From Kondoa subrosea (lineage: Eukaryota): a stretch of DNA of 54,045 bases. The position numbers and the translations under genes are program-made. Below the pieces are notes generated by a model. That model was not told where the DNA came from. It ran no database searches and saw only the letters and a list, made by a program, of their open reading frames with translations. The DNA is taken from the NCBI GenBank assembly GCA_039545335.1, contig BCIN01000005.1:1206641-1260685 (forward strand). Reading direction: 5' to 3'. Below, piece after piece: positions 47,270 to 54,045 of this stretch (positions are counted from its first letter, which is position 1; the number at the start of each line of letters is the position of its first letter).

Positions 47270-50200
47270 ATGGATGTATCAGGCGATACGAGCTATTCTC
47301 TACAATCTGCAGTTAGCTCGAATGTCACTTTCCCTCTCTTGCCAGATGAAATCTTTTCTTTGATTGACGACGTCATTTCTACTCTCCCTGATAATGCGCA
47401 TACATTCGAGCATGTCTTTACGCGCTACCATGCTGTTCTCAAAGAACGCGGAATGCGTTTACCAGCAGATGGTGATGAGACTTACGCTTCCTTGTTGAAG
47501 TTGGTAATGCAAAGAGGTGCTACTTGGAAAGAGAAATGGGCGAATGCTAAGAGAGCTACACCCGGAATCTCAAATGCCTTACCTTCCCTCGATATCCTCA
47601 AAGCACGTCTAGAGAATATGGATACAAATCAACATTTGCACCACGAGACTCCACGATTGAAACCGCCAGATCAAGATGTCTCACCAATGAACACTCCAGA
47701 ACAGAGGAAATATCGCTCACCTGCCGAACCAATGACTTCCACTCCTTCCAGACAACGTATAATCGGACAACCCACTTCTATTAGAACAGCCGATAGTCTA
47801 TCCACAGCTCATCCTCTGCGACAACGCGTTACTTTCCTTTCTCCTACAAGAACAAGTCATCATGAATCTCCTTCATCCCCTTCAATAAATTCAGAACCAG
47901 AAACCCATTCCCCTTCCATCCGTCGACCTCCTCCATCTGCTTGTTCCAGACCAATACCTACAATACCTATCGCTATTCCACCAGACGAAAGAATCATTCA
48001 AGCAGATCAATTTCGTTCTTATTGCCTCGTTTCCAGAATCTTTGATAAATGGCGTGACCGATCTGAGAAACAAAGAATCATTAGTCATCGAACTTCAATA
48101 GTCCGAGATCGAATTCTACTGAAAAGAGCAATGGCGGTTTGGAAATTGAAACTGAGGTTGGTGGAAGAAGTACTTGTACCGAAAGCCGAAGCTTGGCAAG
48201 AGGGAGTACTTATGAGAAAAGTGTTGAGGACTTGGTTTGATTCGGTTCGAGTGAAGAGAAGGAAAAAATGGGAGTCTAGGATGAAGAAAGCTTTGGAAAA
48301 GGTTGACAGGAGAAGATGTGCTTCTTTGGTTGACACAGCCTGGGAGGTACGTCTGCACCACTATCAACGAGCTTAAGTTCATAGGCATGCTTCTATAATG
48401 CACAGAAGTGGAGAATTAAGACTATGGAGCGTCGAGCAGATCGCTGCAGAGTCCAATCGCTTCTGATACCATGTTTTTATCGATGGCAACACACGGCCAG
48501 CAATATTCAGTATCTCAATCGCTTGGCTAGTCAATTCATTCAGCAAAGCGATGCAGAACTACTCTACGACGCTCTGGGCAAATGGCACCATCGTACAGCT
48601 GTCAGTCTAGCAGAAAAGGAGATTATTGCCAGGAGGGATGATAGTCTTTTGAGAGACGCATGGGATACTTGGTATCATCGAAAGTATGTTCTGCTTGCGC
48701 TAAACCTCTAGAGGCACGGTTGATGTTTCTGAGCAGGAAAAAGTACACCGCTGCTGATACTTTGTATGCTACGAACATATCTCGAGCAGCTTTGTCCTTC
48801 TGGCGAGCTTCTCTCAGTAAGATCAAAGTAAATACCTCTTTTCATGTACGAGGTATCTCTTTGACTCGTCTTTTCACCAGCGCAATAAATCTACTGCAGA
48901 AGCTTTCGATCGTCATCAAACAAATTATACCGCTGCTCGGTGTCTTCGCTCTTGGTATATGCAGACACGAGCTATACAAATGGACCGAATCAACTCTGGA
49001 GAGAAACTGGCTCGCAAGTATCTACATACGTGGCTGATTCGATGTCATACTATCGTTGTTGACCTACAAGGTATACTTCCCTCTAGTTGAAGTACAAGAA
49101 AGGTCTGATACCTGTGGAAAAAATTAGATAAAGCTAACAAGTTTGAAGGAATACAAGAAAGGACTCTTCTTCGATCTATTCTCCGTACTTGGACCCAACG
49201 CAATCAAACTCAACAAGCTCGTCTTTCAGCCGCTTCGACCTACTATGCCGAGAACTTGGCTGTCCGATCCATTGAATCTTGGAAAACAGCTCTGACGAAA
49301 CGGAAATTCGCCATACAAAAGGCAGGTGTAGCAAGGGACTTCTTCCTTTGTCGAAGAGCGTGGGTTGCTTGGGTTCTGAAAGCTATGGACTCGAGAGGGA
49401 GGAGATTTGCCCAGGATCGGGAAAAGGGCATCTTGAGAAACGTACTGGCTGGTAAGTTGCAAATGCAAATTTACGGGACTGGAGCTGACGTGAATCACAG
49501 ATTGGAGAACGGGATGCAAAGAAGCTCAATCCCGTAATGCTTTGGTCATGAAGTTTCAGCAAGATACAGATGCTGTAAGTGCTAGACATCGATTGCTGTA
49601 ATCTTTAGCTCAAGCTCACTCGCTACTTACAGAGATTGGCTCAAGCCGCTTTGCTGACTTGGGTTGCACGAATTGTGGATATCCGATCTCGAGCTATTTC
49701 GGCCTCTCAAAACAGCGATACCAAAATTCTTTCGTCGACACTCAATATTTGGAGAGATGCTGCTCGAAGAAGAGCAGACAGTTTAGTCCTGTGCCAAACT
49801 TTCATCGAAGTAAAGACAGAAGGTCCGCGGAGAGATCAAGCTTTTAGCTTTATATGCTTATATACAGGTTCTTTTGCCTACAGAAAAGTTCCGCAGGGGA
49901 TTTCAGAAATGGGCACGCAAGGCTCGTTGGCGGGTAGCTTCTCGCAAGAGAGCTATCGAAAAAGCGGAACACGAGCGAAAAGAATTACTGTCCGGTGCTC
50001 TTGAGCGCTGGAAAGGCCGCAGCCGAGACAGAAAGTTGCACAAGCTAGTGAGTAGACTCTGTCACTGAAGTACGAATTCGTCTAATGGAGAGGAAAGGAA
50101 CTGCTGTTCGATAGAGCAAAGCGGAGATGTATGCTCAGCGAAAGCCTACGAGTCTGGAAAGAGCGAACAAAGGTGTGTACTCGTCGATGATGCTATTGGC

Positions 50201-50923
50201 ACAAGCTAACAGGCGCTACAGATTCTTCCCGCTCTGCACTTCGCAGCTCAACATGTTCAGAAGCGGGCGTTTCACCATTGGCAAGATGTGACGCCGGTCC
50301 AGCGCGCCTACAATCAGGCAGAAGAAGCCTATTACCGTCGATTGCTAGGTCAGACGCGGTGTCAGATTTTGCATTTGGCTTACTAATCAGTTTCTAGGTG
50401 ATGCATTTGAGAAATGGAAGTATTTGCACAAGACTCGACGTTCTAGAAGAGCTGCAGAGTAAGTCAGATGCGCATTGTCCCTACCTCAGCTCATGCCTGA
50501 CATAGCCGCTTCAAGAAGGTCGGCTCGCGTCCGCCCATTCGCGCATCTACGATCGCTTCTCCTCCAACAATCGGCACACCTCGCTCTCGACCCCAAAGTG
50601 CTCCTCGTGTACTCTTTGGCAATCGAGGTTTAGCGATAGAGCAAGCCAAGGCACCTTCTAGTGCACGATCAGAATCAGACGCCAGCTCAGCGGGAACAAG
50701 TCGACCTTCCACAACGCAAAGAACACCAATCAGCGATGCTCGCACGGCTCGAGCGGAAAGCGCTATGAACGATCTTCGGCGAAGATTGGCGGTTGCTCGA
50801 TTGGCTACCACACCGAAAGCACCGCGACAAGCGGACGAGAGTGAAAACACTACTTTGTCAGAAGAATTGACGAGCACTTCGGATGTCAGAGCAAGGTTTT
50901 CAGCTGTGCGTTTAAAGCGATAA
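47270..50923 (+). CDS. SFI1: Sfi1-like spindle pole body centrin-binding repeat protein
   Basis: N-terminal YASLLKL..RGATWKEKW. Many A-x7-LL-x3-F/L-x2-W repeats (e.g. ADQFRSYCLVSRIFDKW) over many exons, and a low-complexity C-terminus. Confidence 0.8.
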
Positions 50924-51183
50924 GAGGTGCACCGGAAAGGGCAGCAGGTGATATTGCATACACCGGTTTGAAGCGGTGTTTCGAGTTGCAATCTCATGAC
51001 AGCTCCCGTAAGCGAGTAAGAAGTAGGCTTCACTTGTCTAGCATAGCATACAACTTCAGTCCTATTACGAGAGCCTTTGACAAACAAATACTCGAACCCA
51101 CACTAGTAAAGGCTGTTGCGGAGAAACAGTGACTACGTTGCGCTCGAATATACCTTGATTCTCTCCTCCTCCCTGCTTATACA

Positions 51184-53158
51184 ATGGCTAGCTCTATACG
51201 TGAGTCCCCTGCCATGTTCGCGACTGCCCTATACCCGCTATTCGATGATGTTTGGTTGATACATTCGAGACCCGCAAATGTCGGCGCTCAAGATTGCTCT
51301 ACTGGCTCGCTGAGCAGCTAGGCATAGTCGTATGCTTGCTACGGCACCCTTCTGGGCCGCGAATTGGCTTCGTCGCAAGGCAAATACACGATGTTTCTGC
51401 ACTTGCACTCGAACACTTTATCTCTCGCTTTTCCCACTGCAAGCTCCCTATCAGACTGAGAACCTAAAGCTTATTATTCTGCGCTCTATGAAACAGCACT
51501 AGATGATGGGACGAAAACTATTCGAGTAGTTGCATCAGAAGGGCGTACGGGCGAACAGATAGAATTGGCTTACACTTCAGTCAAAGTTGTTGGTAATGGG
51601 TCTTTTGGAGTAGTATTTGTTCGTCACGACCAGCATCTTACAATTTGGGGGAAACAACATTGGCTTACATTACACCTTGCTTTTTGATTTAACAGCAAGC
51701 GAGATTGGTGGGCGACAAGACAGCAGGAGCTATAGAAGGAGAAGTTGCTATAAAGAAGGTGTTGCAGGATAAACGCTTCAAGGTTAGTTTCCCCTTGACA
51801 CGAATAAGAGTCGTATGACAGATGCTGTGTACTGACAGAATCGAGAGCTTCAAATCATGAGACTTGTATCTCACCCTAATGTTGTAGAACTTCGCGCATT
51901 CTTTTACTCAAATGGAGAGAGGGTAACTTTTCTCCCTTGCTTTACCGCTCAATTATCGCTCGTGCTGATTTTTCTTTCCACTTTTGTCATTGCAGCAAAA
52001 GAAAGATGAAGTCTACCTCAACTTAGTCCTCGAATATGTTCCAGAAACCGTTTACCGAGCTTCGAGACATTACGCGAAATTGAAGCAAACAATGCCTATG
52101 CCTTATATCCGACTTTACATGTACCAACTTCTTCGTTCTTTAGCTTACATCCATTGCTTAGGTCAGTGATGCTACTCCCCTTTCAGCTATGGCTGATTCT
52201 TTCAACGGTGTACGCTGACAGGAATATGCCATCGAGACATCAAACCTCAGAACCTACTCTTGAACCCTCAGACAGGCGTCCTCATGCTGTGCGATTTCGG
52301 CTCAGCCAAGATTTTAGTCGCTAAAGAACCCAATGTTTCCTACATCTGCTCGAGATACTATCGAGCACCTGAACTTATCTTCGGAGCGACAAACTACACA
52401 ACCAATATCGGTCAGTAAATGTTATTGGCAACTAAGCATGTGCTTATGAGGCCGGAACATCCTGACAGACGTCTGGTCGACTGGATGTGTCATGGCTGAA
52501 CTCATGCTGGGCCAACCCTTATTCCCCGGAGAATCTGGAATCGATCAATTAGTAGAAATTATCAAGGTCCTAGGAACACCTACTAGAGATCAAATCAAGA
52601 CTATGAACCCGAATTACATGGAACACAAATTCCCTCAAATCAAACCTCATCCTTTCTCCAAGGTAAGTAGCTTTACGGGATGTCAGTTTATACTGATGTT
52701 ATCAATCTGCTTCTTGACAGGTCTTCCGCCCTAGAACATCAGCTGATGCGATTGATCTTATTTCCAAATTACTCGAGTACACACCCGGAGCGAGATTGAC
52801 CGCTGTGGAAGCAATGTGCCATCCTTTCTTTGATGAGCTGCGCGAAGGAGAGTACAAGATGGCCAATGGGAAGCCAGCGCCGGAGTTGTTCAACTTTACG
52901 AGAGAAGGTTCGCATGCCAAATTATTTTGAGGCAGTTCAGGTGCTTAAGTGTTGTGCATATCGGCAGAATTATCGGTCAGGCCAGATCTCATTCATAAGC
53001 TCGTACCTCAAAGTCAAGAAGCCAAATTGCTAGAACGAGGGATTGATGTGAACAACTTCCAACCGCTGTCTGCTGAATCGTAAGTTCCTCTCTTTCAGCA
53101 CAATCATGCTTGCGTTGAATAGAAAGGATGTTACAGCATGCTCGTCACTCTTGATTGA
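51184..53158 (+). CDS. GSK3: Glycogen synthase kinase-3 (CMGC/GSK)
   Basis: [65 protein letters not shown] and [22 protein letters not shown]. Confidence 0.96.
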
Positions 53159-53590
53159 TCGCCTTTCTGTACCACCTAACCTACTCAAATCTCTACTCTC
53201 ATCTTCTTCTCGCGTCGGTTTCCACTTTCCGGTATTCCAGAATGAGGCCATCTCCGGTTCTGTCGTTAATATCTGCAAGGGGAAATCAGCACTCGAGAAG
53301 GTTGCATCCTTAGGTGGCCTACAGCGAGCAAGCGATCGTTTTCAAGCAAAGGGATATCCAAGGTTACTTAAACTACTCATGTATCATTTTTTGTTTTTGG
53401 CAAAGGAAAGGTTTTTGGTCAAAGTTGGGTCTTTGCTATTAACATGTATTGGTACATTGCAAAACAATCAATTTACAGCTGTAATGTCTTTGCAACTCGT
53501 TCTGTTATATCTTTCTGGCAATTTCGAGCTTGTTTTGTGCAGAGAGTCATTGCTTTCTCAGAAGCGCGAGTCAAAAGCTCTCTATTTCCC

Positions 53591-54045
53591 TCATGTCCAT
53601 TTCTCAAGCTCGGCTGGGACCCGATCTGACCACCTAGAGATATCTTCTTTGAATTGCTTCAGTAGATTGGTCAGTTCATCTTTCTTGTGTAAGTATTCAT
53701 CGTCTTTAGCTGGAACCAACTTCATCTTCTTATTACCCATCTCCTCTTCTATAGCTGACCGCAGACTTTGCAGTGAGAATGTGCCTTCCACGGTGTGTTT
53801 CTTCTTTGATGCTGCTTTGCGGCTTCTTTCTTCTTTGGCAGCCAAGATGTCCCAAAATAGGCGCTCTTCCTCGTCGGGCACGATTGGAAGGCTCCGCCAG
53901 GCCTTCACAAGGTTTTCAAGCAATGATCGCAAATCTTCATCTTTAAGGTCTGCTAGAGACTTCAAACATTCATCGAAGTTCAGATGGCAGTCTTGTCCGG
54001 TGTGCAGGCTGTCGCCAAGCTGTGACACCGAACGCGCTGTTGAGG
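53591..54045 (-). CDS. Hypothetical helical protein, partial (5' end outside the window; may continue in exons towards ~53200-53400)
   Basis: 145-aa protein-like ORF open towards the window edge. Downstream sequence can be spliced to further helical segments. Confidence 0.5.
   Translation of the reverse strand, partial: STARSVSQLGDSLHTGQDCHLNFDECLKSLADLKDEDLRSLLENLVKAWRSLPIVPDEEERLFWDILAAKEERSRKAASKKKHTVEGTFSLQSLRSAIEEEMGNKKMKLVPAKDDEYLHKKDELTNLLKQFKEDISRWSDRVPAELEKWT

Noticed and set aside
50491..51087. 198-aa minus-strand ORF
   Set aside because: Antisense shadow of the last, low-complexity SFI1 exon.
1..54045. tRNA, rRNA, TPP riboswitch, transposon or prokaryotic defence systems
   Set aside because: No cloverleaf, rRNA, riboswitch core, transposase/RT motifs, terminal repeats or repeat-spacer arrays were recognised by eye. 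A covariance-model search was not possible.

Overview
Gene-dense, intron-rich fungal genomic DNA. Introns are mostly ~45-65 nt with degenerate GT donors and CTRAY-type branch points, a style most like a basidiomycete, plausibly Pucciniomycotina (inference). About 30 genes can be read by manual splicing. Conserved genes: RING-finger 3' end, ssSPT-like subunit, SNRNP27, UPF0658-like membrane protein, acyl-protein thioesterase, XPF/Rad1, RCR-like protein, CUE-AlkB-GRF dioxygenase, LOG, mitochondrial SSB, flavin amine oxidase, KNR4/SMI1, purine-cytosine permease, MYND protein, Rad6, DGK1, a divergent GAPDH, twinfilin, SAR1, SFI1 and GSK3. Two accessory-looking patches stand out. At ~9.3-16.7 kb an old segmental duplication carries a lineage-specific paralog pair and a pseudogenised gene start, bracketing a double-GNAT acetyltransferase. 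At ~32.5-41.3 kb there are three F-box/LRR-like genes, two of them head-to-head and apparently disrupted, around the atypical GAPDH. No tRNA, rRNA, CRISPR or transposon was recognised. Family assignments come from recalled motifs and no database search was run. Exon boundaries are manual and may be slightly off.
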